Part shown: positions 50,100 through 58,887 of the stretch, piece by piece
Numbering within the stretch: the first letter of the stretch is position 1
Layout: the number at the start of each line of letters is the position of its first letter
Assembly (NCBI GenBank): GCA_964476125.1
Contig: CAYZAE010000012.1
Coordinates: 996-64,995, forward strand
DNA length: 64,000 bases
Reading direction: 5' to 3'
From: an uncultured Verrucomicrobiota bacterium
GTDB lineage: Bacteria; Verrucomicrobiota; Verrucomicrobiia; Limisphaerales; CAIMTB01
Made by a program: the position numbers and the translations under genes
Notes under the pieces: model-generated
What the model was told of the DNA's origin: nothing
The model's input: the letters and a program-made list of their open reading frames with translations, nothing else
Databases searched by the model: none

Positions 50100-50350
50100 C
50101 GTGGATGGGTCCGTGGAGGCTGTCGAGAACAGCACGTTGGTGTCGAGGAACGCCGACGTCATCGGCGATCCTTCCTCACCCGCTCGTGCGGGATCGTCTT
50201 CGCGTCCAGTCCCATCATGCGAACGACTTCAAGAGCCGCGCGGTAATCGTCGGTGTCAACGGCGTTGTTCAGGCGGAGCTCGGCGATGCGTTTGGGAGTG
50301 TGGATTTCCACCGGATAGGCGACGACGGGCGGGAGGAGAGGTTGCAGGAT
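50100..50350 (-). pseudogene. Remnant of a VapBC-type toxin-antitoxin pair (antitoxin C-terminal part plus about 16 codons of a PIN toxin)
   Basis: Not in the ORF track (<60 aa). My translation is ...YPVEIHTPKRIAELRLNNAVDTDDYRAALEVVRMMGLDAKTIPHERVRKDRR*, with an ATGA overlap into MTSAFLDTNVLFSTAS... (PIN N-terminal D motif). PIN similarity is then lost just before the DUF3604 start. Confidence 0.45.
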
Positions 50351-50515
50351 TTAGTCCTCACTATTGAAACTCGTTCGCATTCGACGAAAGATTCGGTTCG
50401 TGCCGCGAAAGGTACGAATGGAATATGCCGGGCCTCTTTATCGCGTCACCAAACGCCGCGATCGCCGCGAGACGGTTTTCTCTTACCCCGTTACCAGCCC
50501 GTGCATGCGGCTCAC

Positions 50516-52153
50516 TCACTCATAGAGTTTCCGTATCCGCACGACATCGGCCTGATAGACCTTGAGGGTTTCCTCGGGAGCGCTCATGGCGCGGATCAGC
50601 GCCTCGTGACCCTCGACGCGCCGGCCCGCTTTGTTGAAGCCTTCGGCAGCCCTCAATTCGCTCGCCAGCGCGTCCTTCGGGCGGCGCGCTCCCTTGAACG
50701 CCACCGCGAGCCTCTCATCCACCCAGGGTGCGCTGCGCAGCGCAGCGTTGTCGGTCTTCGGCAATCGATCGAGCGCCCTTCGGGCCATCTGCCATTGGAA
50801 AATGGCCCCATCCATCCTGGACTCGTCGCCCCACTGCTGCTGCTTTTCGAAGATGGTTCCGAGAATGGTGTGGAACTTCACCAACCGCCCCCAGTCGGTG
50901 CCCACCTGGCGTCGGTACTCCTGGCCCTTTTCATCAAACAACTCCCGAACGAACGACTTCAGGATCACGCCCCCCTCGTCAAGGCGTTGTCCGGCTCCCG
51001 GGTCGCCATCGACGAGCAGGATGTTGGCCGCGTAAAGGCCCGCCTCGAGGTTTGTCGTGTCCAGTGCCCAGGCGTGACTGTAGGCGCCCAGCGCGGGACG
51101 CAGGGCGCGCGCGCGATAGTTCTGGGCCCCGATCCCGGCCAGGAACCGCGAAAGAACACGACGCGTCTCGGGGGCCAGGCCCGCTGCGAGCCCCGATTCC
51201 GCCTTCGCGGGACTGAATTCGATCGGCAACTCCGTCGTGAATACGCGGTCAATGACACTTAACAACCGACTCGCCACCGGAACCAGATTCTCCCGGGGAA
51301 CGCCTTTCAACGACTCGGACCAATTGCTCCGATAGCCCTCCCGATCGACGGCGGCTTCCGTGAAATACCGGAGCAGTCCTTCCACCAGATCCGGATAGCG
51401 GGGATGAGGTTGCCAGTGGGGAACGGTGGTCAGCGCATCCCGCAGGGAGCGCGCTGCCCCCGGGAAGTCCCGCTGCCGCAGTTGCTCGTTCACTAGGCGC
51501 ACGATCTGGGGAATGCCCGTCCCTTCACTTGCCGAACCCAGCGCGAGGGCCCGGGCGGAATTCGCAGCCCGATCAAAGGTCGGATCGGCCGCGCTCGCCC
51601 GTAGATAACTGCCATAGGCTTCCTCCCGACGGCCCAGGGTCTCGAGCGCGCGACCCAGGGTGAACAGGCAGCGAGACCGCCCCGAACCGGGCAGTTCCTT
51701 CCACGCGGGACTGTTGGTCACCGAGCCGATGATCTGCACCGCCTCGCTGGCCCGACTGAACCGGATCATCTGGGACGCGAAATTGTTGGCGGCCTGGAAC
51801 AGGAGGTTGCCGGAGGCCGTCTCCAGAACCGTCCGAAATTCGCGCTCCGAGCGGCTCAGCCAATCCGGTTCCGCATCCGACCTCTGGGCAGCGCGCCCCA
51901 GCAGGCCGGCGAACTCGAGGCGAAGGCTTGCAGCGTCCCCGGGGGACGCTTCGCGGATGGCCTGCTCGTACAGCACGATCGTGCGACGGACATCGAACCG
52001 GGCCGCACTCTCCCGGGCGGCAACGACGGTGGCTGAGGGCGTGGGTCCGGCGGGCGGATTCTGGGCTCGACCGGAGGGCGCGAGACCGAACCAGGCGATC
52101 GCGGCGAGCGATGGAAGCCAGAATGGCAGGCGCAGCAGCAGGCGTGAGTTCAT
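50516..52153 (-). CDS. Secreted helical-repeat (TPR-like) hypothetical protein
   Basis: Start MNSRLLLRLPFWLPSLAAIAWFGLAPSGRAQ (signal peptide). Alpha-helical repeat-like composition. Its start overlaps the upstream stop by 4 nt. Confidence 0.5.
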   Translation of the reverse strand: MNSRLLLRLPFWLPSLAAIAWFGLAPSGRAQNPPAGPTPSATVVAARESAARFDVRRTIVLYEQAIREASPGDAASLRLEFAGLLGRAAQRSDAEPDWLSRSEREFRTVLETASGNLLFQAANNFASQMIRFSRASEAVQIIGSVTNSPAWKELPGSGRSRCLFTLGRALETLGRREEAYGSYLRASAADPTFDRAANSARALALGSASEGTGIPQIVRLVNEQLRQRDFPGAARSLRDALTTVPHWQPHPRYPDLVEGLLRYFTEAAVDREGYRSNWSESLKGVPRENLVPVASRLLSVIDRVFTTELPIEFSPAKAESGLAAGLAPETRRVLSRFLAGIGAQNYRARALRPALGAYSHAWALDTTNLEAGLYAANILLVDGDPGAGQRLDEGGVILKSFVRELFDEKGQEYRRQVGTDWGRLVKFHTILGTIFEKQQQWGDESRMDGAIFQWQMARRALDRLPKTDNAALRSAPWVDERLAVAFKGARRPKDALASELRAAEGFNKAGRRVEGHEALIRAMSAPEETLKVYQADVVRIRKLYE

Positions 52154-52986
52154 TGGAGGTCTCCTGTGTCCCAACCCGGGGGGTTGTATTCCTTCAGGTA
52201 GATCAACGTGAGCTCGTACTGCCCGAGCTCAGGGTCGGCGGGCGTCTCGGTCACCCCCGCACTCAACGCCTGCTGGAGATCGCCGTCGTAGGCCTGCCAG
52301 ATCCCATGGGACCGGGCCACGAGCTGCAGCCGCGTGCGACGCTGGGGATGGAGAAATTCGACCGTGAAGGAGGCGTCCGCCAGGTGGGCATACCGCGCCT
52401 TGGCCAGCGGAAAGATCAGCAATCCATGGGGCCGATCCGGCCAGCGCGGGATTTCGGCGATGGGAATGCGCTGCCATAGCACCCGTTCATCCACGCCCTG
52501 GATCCCAGAGGCTGGAATCGCCAGCGGCAGGAATTCGTTCAGGATCCCCGGAATCGCGTTGGTGACATCCTGGGGTGAGGGCAATCCCAGGGCCAGGTCG
52601 CCCGGCTCCAGCCAAACCTTCTCGGCCAGCTTCAGCGGCGGTGACCCGGCCAGAGCCCGCCGGCCCAGCTCCAGTCTCACCACCAACTGCCCCGGCCCAC
52701 CGTCCCGCACTGCGAGCCTCACGTAGGCCCGATGCAGCAGCGCATTGTCCGGGGCGAAATCCCAATGTCTAAACCGCTGGAGCCGGGCCAGCAGATCCTC
52801 CGAAAGCGTTCCGATCACCGCCTTCGACTCCGATTGCGTCCATGGCTTGGAAACGGACGGAGTGATTTCCACCGAGACTCCGATCGGTACCGGTCCCGGA
52901 GTGGCCGAGAAAAGCCGGAGCCATGCGAAGATCGCGATGAACCCCGGCCAGCCGGGAGACCAGCGTCGACGTGTTCTAGGTTTCAT
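52150..52986 (-). CDS. Hypothetical membrane-anchored/secreted protein
   Basis: Start MKPRTRRRWSPGWPGFIAIFAWLRLF (N-terminal anchor). No recognised family. Middle gene of a three-gene operon. Confidence 0.45.
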   Translation of the reverse strand: MKPRTRRRWSPGWPGFIAIFAWLRLFSATPGPVPIGVSVEITPSVSKPWTQSESKAVIGTLSEDLLARLQRFRHWDFAPDNALLHRAYVRLAVRDGGPGQLVVRLELGRRALAGSPPLKLAEKVWLEPGDLALGLPSPQDVTNAIPGILNEFLPLAIPASGIQGVDERVLWQRIPIAEIPRWPDRPHGLLIFPLAKARYAHLADASFTVEFLHPQRRTRLQLVARSHGIWQAYDGDLQQALSAGVTETPADPELGQYELTLIYLKEYNPPGWDTGDLQ

Positions 52987-53020
52987 AACGAATTTCAGCG
53001 CAGGAGGAATCCGCTTCGTT

Positions 53021-54022
53021 TCATTGAATCTCGATTTCCACGAGTTGCGGGAACTCCGACGGGCTCCGGCACTCCACAATGGTGCGGCGGACTTCGAGGA
53101 AGACGCTGCCGTCTGCGCGGAGCACCGCGAGGTTCAGATCCTGACCCGCCACCAGGGCTCGAGGCGGACCCAGGGCCTTCGGCGAGAGCCAGCGATCCAG
53201 AATCCGGCTCGGCCCGCGCAGCCCCGCGAGTTCCTCGCGCCAGGCCTGCCGGTACTTCGCCGGGACTTCCACCGAACCCCGGCACCCGATCCACACCGAC
53301 TCGCCACGCCAGAGATTCGTGCCCAGCCCATTCGTGCCGAGGGACGCCGTCAGTTGAAAAGTGCCCTTCGCGAGCGTCCCCGCCAGCTGCATCGAAGGCC
53401 GGATCAACACCGAATTCCTCACCAACAGATCGCCGGGAACCTCGACGAAGCTGCGTCGCCACGGGCGAACCGCGACCTCCAGCAACGGCAAGCCGTCGAT
53501 ATCGATGGCATACGGGTGACCGCCGATCGCGGTACGGCAGGCGACTCGTTTCTCCGCTCCAGCACCCAACCGGAATACTTCGCCATGTTCCTCCGGTTTC
53601 CCGGCGGAACCTACCCGGACCCGGCGCCCGTCGGTGAGAAAGGACGCATCGAGAACCACGGTGCCATGGGTGGAGCCCCAGAACAGGAAGGCGAGGGTCG
53701 CCAGGGTGGCCAGGACCGAACTGATCCCGTGGGCCATGAAGCCATCCAGCAGAAGTTGAAGATGATCCTTGCGACGGGCGCGGATGAGGTTCGCGACGAA
53801 GGCCACCCAACCGGCGACGCCTCCCATCGCCAACAGCGTCAGGACGTCCTCGAGTTGCTCGGTGAACTTTCCAATCCAGAAAAGCCAGGCCACGCCCAGG
53901 GTCATGAACCAGAGCAGATGCACATAAAACCGGTCCCGGAAAAGGCGCAACCCCCGGAGCAATACTCCCCGGGACACCCGCCGCCGCCCGCTCCCAGCCG
54001 AATGACCCGAGCCCGAGTTCAT
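53021..54022 (-). CDS. Hypothetical polytopic membrane protein with a C-terminal soluble domain
   Basis: Start MNSGSGHSAGSG. About 4 TM helices (VHLLWFMTLGVAWLFWI, LLAMGGVAGWVAFVANL, ISSVLATLATLAFLFWG), then about 200 aa of soluble sequence. First gene of the operon. Confidence 0.5.
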   Translation of the reverse strand: MNSGSGHSAGSGRRRVSRGVLLRGLRLFRDRFYVHLLWFMTLGVAWLFWIGKFTEQLEDVLTLLAMGGVAGWVAFVANLIRARRKDHLQLLLDGFMAHGISSVLATLATLAFLFWGSTHGTVVLDASFLTDGRRVRVGSAGKPEEHGEVFRLGAGAEKRVACRTAIGGHPYAIDIDGLPLLEVAVRPWRRSFVEVPGDLLVRNSVLIRPSMQLAGTLAKGTFQLTASLGTNGLGTNLWRGESVWIGCRGSVEVPAKYRQAWREELAGLRGPSRILDRWLSPKALGPPRALVAGQDLNLAVLRADGSVFLEVRRTIVECRSPSEFPQLVEIEIQ

Positions 54023-54329
54023 GGGATGCTCATCTCGCCCTCTGTTCCCTACTCCGCACTCCTCACTCACGCGACACACCGTGAGGTACGCACGCCTCCA
54101 AAGGATGGCCAAGAGGATGGGTGTGAAGATTTTTTCTTATCAGCATCCTAAGGATCAGGTCTCCGCAGTCAATGACACGATCTGGCACCCGAACATCCAG
54201 GGCTTCTCCCCGAATTGCTGGTGGTCGCCAAATAGTTGGGATGGATCAGCCAGGGATACGTTCAGGATCGCGGACCGGGAGCGGGAGGGACGTGTTACCA
54301 GTCCATCCCGACCACCCCGGCACGCCCTA

Positions 54330-54620
54330 CGCCGGAAGATCAGATCCCCAGTCGAAGTCCTGCCTCTTCACCTCGTCCATCAGCGCCAGGAACTCGCGTG
54401 GCCGCAGCACCAGCAGACCTGCAAGAGCCTTTCCAAAAAGGCGCCGAAATTACGGCTGTCTCCCGTGACGAGATAATCCACCCCCGCCGCGATCGCCGAT
54501 GCGAGAATCGGCACATCCTTGTCTCTTAATGAGTGCTTCCATGAAACCGGCATGGAAGGAATGCAGCAGTGCTGCAATACCGCATTCTGGCAGCGTGGCA
54601 GCGGTTACCTCCCGGACCGC
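54330..54620 (-). pseudogene. Decayed PIN-domain toxin gene (frameshifted)
   Basis: ORF 54380..54577 contains DVPILASAIAAGVDYLVTGDSRNFG (PIN C-terminal motif). The natural continuation KALAGLLVLRPREFLALMDEV is in another frame after a T-run. Upstream parts lie in a third frame (ORF 54450..54731). Confidence 0.5.
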
Positions 54621-54630
54621 CCGGGGGTTT

Positions 54631-54727
54631 CGTCCATCCCGGCCGCCTCGGCGCGCGCTACGCCAGAAAACCACATCCCCGTTCGACATGGAATAATTAC
54701 GAGCGACGCGAACCCGCAGGGGTCTCC
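54631..54727 (+). repeat. Dispersed ~100-nt repeat, family 1 (copy C)
   Basis: ...CATCCCGGCCGCCTCGGCGCGCGCTACGCCAGAAAACCACATCCCCGTTCGACATGGAATAATTACGAGCGACGCGAACCCGCAGGGGTCTCC aligns with the copies at 56880..56964 and 58541..58628. It aligns partially with 42745..42790 and 54301..54355. Confidence 0.8.
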
Positions 54728-54789
54728 TCATCGTGGTGTGGCGGAGAAGTGCCGATAGACCTGGCGTGGTTGCTATGCTTAAATGTCAA

Positions 54790-54904
54790 GCATTTAGCTG
54801 CGACCCTATGGGAACCTTATTACCGGATCATCTACGAGATCATCGACGACCGCCTGTTCGTTGTGGTCATCGCGCTGGGGCATCGACGGGAAATTTACCG
54901 CTGA
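54790..54904 (+). pseudogene. 3' fragment of a RelE/ParE-family toxin gene
   Basis: The C-terminus of ORF 54569..54904 reads WEPYYRIIYEIIDDRLFVVVIALGHRREIYR*, a typical RelE/ParE C-terminus. The N-terminal half is replaced by repeat sequence containing the GACCCTATGG motif. Confidence 0.5.
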
Positions 54905-54975
54905 GCTCATGGCGGTCCCCGAAGAACAGCCAGTTTTTCCCGGGAGCTCCCCAGGCGCGGCGATCCGCTTCCATT

Positions 54976-55407
54976 TCATGAACGCCGGGGACGTCCCTGG
55001 TTCCGAGCCCTGACCTCACGGGTTGGAATCGACGGTCCCGGGGTCAGGAAGATCAGTCGGTTTTGCCAAGCCTCATTCCCTTTGCTTTCCCAGAGCCAAA
55101 CCAGCGCCCTCATGAGCCCGCCGATGTCGTTCGGCGGAATGGTTTGCTCGTCAACAAAGACGATGCCCCCAAGCTCACGCCCGGCTTCCAGAAGGTCCGA
55201 GGCGTGTTTCCAAAGAGTGCGTTGATCGTACGTCACCAGCGTCAACTGCTGCTTCCCTGCCTCCGTCAGGATCTCCGGATCCGGAACCCCTAAAAAGGTG
55301 CCGGACTGCCAGTCGTGGATGGACTGGATGTCCATCGACGTGCGTTTCGCCTTTGCCTGCAAGGCGACCTCCCTCGAGATGTGCTCGTCGAGCAGGAGCC
55401 GGAGCAT
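54976..55407 (-). CDS. DUF5615-type PIN-like protein (putative toxin)
   Basis: Start MLRLLLDEHIS (typical DUF5615 N-terminus) inside ORF 54976..55620. Lies immediately downstream of the DUF433 gene with a 1-nt gap. Confidence 0.7.
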   Translation of the reverse strand: MLRLLLDEHISREVALQAKAKRTSMDIQSIHDWQSGTFLGVPDPEILTEAGKQQLTLVTYDQRTLWKHASDLLEAGRELGGIVFVDEQTIPPNDIGGLMRALVWLWESKGNEAWQNRLIFLTPGPSIPTREVRARNQGRPRRS

Positions 55408-55408
55408 G

Positions 55409-55852
55409 TCACTTGCCTTTGAGCACGCTCGCCGGAACCTCAATCCGTTCCAGTGCCGGAACCAGCCGTGACAGCCTGGTGAAGTCGTGCGCCCGGCCAT
55501 CCTCGATGGCGCTTTGAGTCTCCTCCGGGAAAGCCGCCGCGTAGTTGAGCGCAGCGCGGATTTTTGAGACCGGCCAGGTGAGATGTTTGGCGCTCTTCTC
55601 GACGTCGTCGCCATACGCACGCGTGAGATTCACAACCTGCCACACAGCCACCCGTGTTCCTTCGACGTAGGCCTGCCGTCCCACCGGCGAATCGCGGAAC
55701 TCGATCATGGCGAAGTCCTCCCGCCGAAGTCCCTCATCCACCAGGCGCGCGGCAGTTTCCGCTGCGGATCGATCGAACCGCCGGGCGAGCCGTTTGAGGC
55801 TCTCCGCACGTTCGGTGGGCAATCGAAGGCTCAAGACGGTTGTGGCTGCCAT
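55409..55852 (-). CDS. RHH-DUF433 fusion protein (putative antitoxin)
   Basis: Start MAATTVLSLRLPTERAESLKRLARR (ribbon-helix-helix-like), followed by a DUF433-like region GRQAYVEGTRVAVWQVVNL...LTWPVSKIRAALNYA. Confidence 0.7.
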   Translation of the reverse strand: MAATTVLSLRLPTERAESLKRLARRFDRSAAETAARLVDEGLRREDFAMIEFRDSPVGRQAYVEGTRVAVWQVVNLTRAYGDDVEKSAKHLTWPVSKIRAALNYAAAFPEETQSAIEDGRAHDFTRLSRLVPALERIEVPASVLKGK

Positions 55853-56107
55853 GGTAGGTTTCTCTGGTTCAATACAACTGTAGCGACTGTAGACGTCCGC
55901 TTGGATTGAAGTCAAACGGTCCCCCACGCCCATCCCAAAACCTGAAGGGGTTTCGCACCCCCGACCCTATTGGAGCCATCCGGGAGGTTCACCCCAGAGG
56001 ACATAGAGAGCACAGAGGCAGCGAAGAAGAAGCCATCAGTAAAGGTGGCGATTGTTCGTTTCGTGGAATCGTGAAACCGCCGCGATGATCCGTTGGCGCG
56101 AAGTCGA

Positions 56108-56121
56108 CGACCCTATTGGAA
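56108..56121 (+). repeat. GACCCTATTGGAAC motif (one of at least 7 copies)
   Basis: The same 11-14-mer, with 0-2 mismatches, is read at about 33060, 44154, 54802, 55963, 56108, 57053 and 58874. A degenerate version (CTCACTATTGAAAC) is at about 50357. Several copies abut stop codons of minus-strand genes or the break points of truncated genes. Confidence 0.75.
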
Positions 56122-56670
56122 CACTGATGTCGGCCGACGGCCCATCCAGCGCAGGGCCAGGCCGGTGCCGAGCGCGTACACCAAGAGCACCCAAACCCAC
56201 GTCAGACCGTCGGTGGCCCTGTCGGTGGGGTCCTGCGGGAAGACCTTTCGGATGCCCAATCCCCAGGTCATCAGGCCCGAGAACCAGCTTGCTCCGCTGA
56301 TCACCGGCCAGAGAAGCCATCCGCGAATGCCTCCCGCCGCGAGCAATCCTGCCTGGCCGAGGCCGAATCCGAGGCCGAGGAAATGGTACAGGAACCAGGC
56401 GAAGGGCATCGACAGGACAAAGCCGGAAGCGGTGGCCAACGGCCAAAGGATCACCGCCCAGAACGGCAGCAACCGCCGCAGCACCGTCGCCTGAAATACG
56501 CCGAGGCCGAAGGGGCCGCCGACAACCACCCAGGCGAGACCCTGGCTTGGGAACGCCTGGATCAGCAGGACAGCCATCCCGACCAAGACCCCATGCACTC
56601 CCAGCCAGCGTAACAACCCGGGCGAAGCAGCCAGCGGCTTGGCGGCGGGAGTTTGCGTGAGGGGTGTCAT
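56113..56670 (-). CDS. Hypothetical polytopic membrane protein
   Basis: 185 aa with 5-6 hydrophobic helices rich in Gly/Trp/Leu. No family recognised. Flanked by dispersed repeats. Confidence 0.55.
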   Translation of the reverse strand: MTPLTQTPAAKPLAASPGLLRWLGVHGVLVGMAVLLIQAFPSQGLAWVVVGGPFGLGVFQATVLRRLLPFWAVILWPLATASGFVLSMPFAWFLYHFLGLGFGLGQAGLLAAGGIRGWLLWPVISGASWFSGLMTWGLGIRKVFPQDPTDRATDGLTWVWVLLVYALGTGLALRWMGRRPTSVFQ

Positions 56671-56830
56671 GGGTTGTCGAAACCGGGTTGGTGCATCCGA
56701 GTTGAGCCGGCCCAGTGGCTGAAAACGGGGCGATCTTCCTCAGAGATCTGGGCGGATTCCATCGGGAAACCGTCGATGGATGACAGTCTTCCCGGGTTCG
56801 GATCCGACCATGGATCGGACCCTCCGAAGC

Positions 56831-56964
56831 TTTGGAACGCAGGCGTTACAATTCGGACCGGGGCGGGGGGCCAATCCCGGCCACCCGGCACACCTTGCGC
56901 CGTGATACCACATCCACGTTCGACATGGAATGAATACGACCGACGCGAAGCCGCAGGGGTCGCC
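56831..56964 (+). repeat. Dispersed repeat, family 3 fused to family 1 (copy D)
   Basis: TTTGGAACGCAGGCGTTACAATTCGGACCGGGGCGGGGGGCCAATCCCGGCC (also at 58808..58870), followed by ACCCGGCACACCTTGCGCCGTGATACCACATCCACGTTCGACATGGAATGAATACGACCGACGCGAAGCCGCAGGGGTCGCC. Confidence 0.8.
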
Positions 56965-57069
56965 TGATTGCTGAATGACGCTGAAGCCGGTGCAAATGCC
57001 GTCGCGGAAATGTCAACAATTGGTTCTGCAGCAGAACTAGGAATTCAGGCGCGACCCTATAGGCGCCTT

Positions 57070-58359
57070 CTATTGCTTGTAGACGGTGCCACCCTTCATG
57101 ACGAACGTCACATTCGTCATGAGTTTGATGTCCGCCAGCGGATCCCCCCGGACGGCCACGAGGTCGGCGAACTTGCCGGGCTCAACCGTGCCGAGGTCCT
57201 TCTCGATGCCCAGCAACCTCGCCCCTTCGAGCGTGGCGGACTGGAGGGCCTTCATCGGTGGCATGCCCGCCTCGGTCATGTAGATAAATTCTTTGGCGTT
57301 GTCCCCATGGGCGGCCACGCCCTGGTCGGTGCCGAAGGCGATCTTCACACCGGCGTGCTGGGCGCGCTGGAAAGTGGCGGTCATGGCCGCACCGGTGGCG
57401 ATGGCCTTCGGCACGACCACCGGCGGGAAGAAGCCGGGGATTTTCGCCTTCTCCAGGACAAAGTGCCCGGCGCTGAGCGTGGGCACGTAGTAGGTGCCGT
57501 GTTGCTTCATGAGGGCAATCACCTCGTCGGTCATGAAGGTGCCGTGCTCGATCGAGTCGACGCCGAGGCGGACGGCGAGTTTCATGCCCTCGGTGCCGTG
57601 GGCATGGGCGGCAACTTTTAGGCCGTAGTTGTGGGCAGTTTCGATGATCGCGCGGGTTTCGTCCTCGGTGAATTGCGGGTTCTGGCCGTTGGTTGCGAGC
57701 GAGAGCACTCCGCCGGTGGCGGTGATCTTGATGAGATCAACCCCGTCCTTGTAGCGCTGGCGGACAGCCTTGCGTGCGTCGTCGGCGCCGTTGATCACAC
57801 CTTCCCGCGGGCCGGGGTCGCCCATGAGCTTGAAATTCTGGCCGTTGGTCGGGTCGGCATGGCCGCCGGTCGTGGCCAGGCTGCCACCGGCAGTATAGAC
57901 GCGCGGACCGGGAACCCAGCCGGCGCTGATTGCCTTGCGCAACGCGAGCGTGGAGTTCTGCGAATCTCCCAGATTGCGCACGGTGGTGAAGCCGGCGAGG
58001 AGAGTCTTCTTTGCATAAAAGGCGGCGCGCAGGGCGTAGTCGCCGGGGTTGAGGAAAAACTCCTCGGTGTAGCTCTCCGGTGATTGCTCGCCGTCGAGAT
58101 GGACATGCATGTCCATCAGGCCGGGCAGGAGGGTGGCGGACTTCAGGTCGATGACGGTGTCGTCGGCGGCGGGTACGGCGAAGCCGTCTTGGATCGAGTC
58201 GATCCTCTCGCCGGACACCACAATCGTGACGTTTTTGCGTACCAGGTCGGAGCGCCCGTCGATCAAGGATCCGGCGTGGATGAGAGTCTTGGCGGAAACA
58301 ACCGTGATGCGAAGCAGCATCAGGCTGAGCAGTAACATGTGCCGGAGAGGGGCGGTCAT
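57070..58359 (-). CDS. Amidohydrolase family protein (secreted metal-dependent hydrolase)
   Basis: Start [37 protein letters not shown] (HxH metal site), AAHAHG, SIEHGTF and AFGTDQGV are amidohydrolase-superfamily metal ligand motifs. Confidence 0.9.
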   Translation of the reverse strand: MTAPLRHMLLLSLMLLRITVVSAKTLIHAGSLIDGRSDLVRKNVTIVVSGERIDSIQDGFAVPAADDTVIDLKSATLLPGLMDMHVHLDGEQSPESYTEEFFLNPGDYALRAAFYAKKTLLAGFTTVRNLGDSQNSTLALRKAISAGWVPGPRVYTAGGSLATTGGHADPTNGQNFKLMGDPGPREGVINGADDARKAVRQRYKDGVDLIKITATGGVLSLATNGQNPQFTEDETRAIIETAHNYGLKVAAHAHGTEGMKLAVRLGVDSIEHGTFMTDEVIALMKQHGTYYVPTLSAGHFVLEKAKIPGFFPPVVVPKAIATGAAMTATFQRAQHAGVKIAFGTDQGVAAHGDNAKEFIYMTEAGMPPMKALQSATLEGARLLGIEKDLGTVEPGKFADLVAVRGDPLADIKLMTNVTFVMKGGTVYKQ

Positions 58360-58540
58360 GCGGGTAGCTTTTGCCCCGGGGCAGCGTGCCGGCAACGGCG
58401 AATTCCACAGAACAAAAGCAAACCTGCCTGCGGCAGGTACAGTGGCGAGTTTCGTGGAACTGCACCTTCTGAAGGTGGGTAAGGCATTGCCGCATTCCTG
58501 CCGCGACTACCATCCGGATCGGGCGAGGGCTTCGCTCCCT

Positions 58541-58628
58541 CGAGCCACCGCGGCACGCCCTGCGCCGGAAAGCCACATCCCCATCCGACATGGAACGACT
58601 ACGACCGACGCGAACCCGTAGGGGCCAC
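58541..58628 (+). repeat. Dispersed repeat, family 1 (copy E)
   Basis: CGAGCCACCGCGGCACGCCCTGCGCCGGAAAGCCACATCCCCATCCGACATGGAACGACTACGACCGACGCGAACCCGTAGGGGCC. Confidence 0.8.
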
Positions 58629-58807
58629 TCATTGTTGTTGCATCTTTCCGGAGGTGGCGTCGGGCACGACGCCACCTCCGGCCACTTTCTGCGTTCCCTC
58701 CGGGATCGCCGGAGTCTGCCCGTTACTCCCAGTCATCGTTTGGATTGCGGGGAAGGAGGCTGTCCCGGAACCCGGAAGGGTGCCGGAGCCCGAGCCCACA
58801 CCCACAG

Positions 58808-58887
58808 CTTCGGAATGCAGGCGTTATCGCTCGGACCGGGGCAGGGGTTTTGGTCCAACCCGGCCATCCCTTCGACCCTATTGGAAC
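58808..58887 (+). repeat. Dispersed repeat, family 3 copy joined directly to a GACCCTATTGGAAC motif
   Basis: CTTCGGAATGCAGGCGTTATCGCTCGGACCGGGGCAGGGGTTTTGGTCCAACCCGGCCATCCC-TTCGACCCTATTGGAAC. Confidence 0.75.

Noticed and set aside
49979-51262. 427-aa plus-strand ORF
   Set aside because: Spans the DUF3604 start, the TA remnant and the antisense strand of the TPR-like gene. No coherent domain content.
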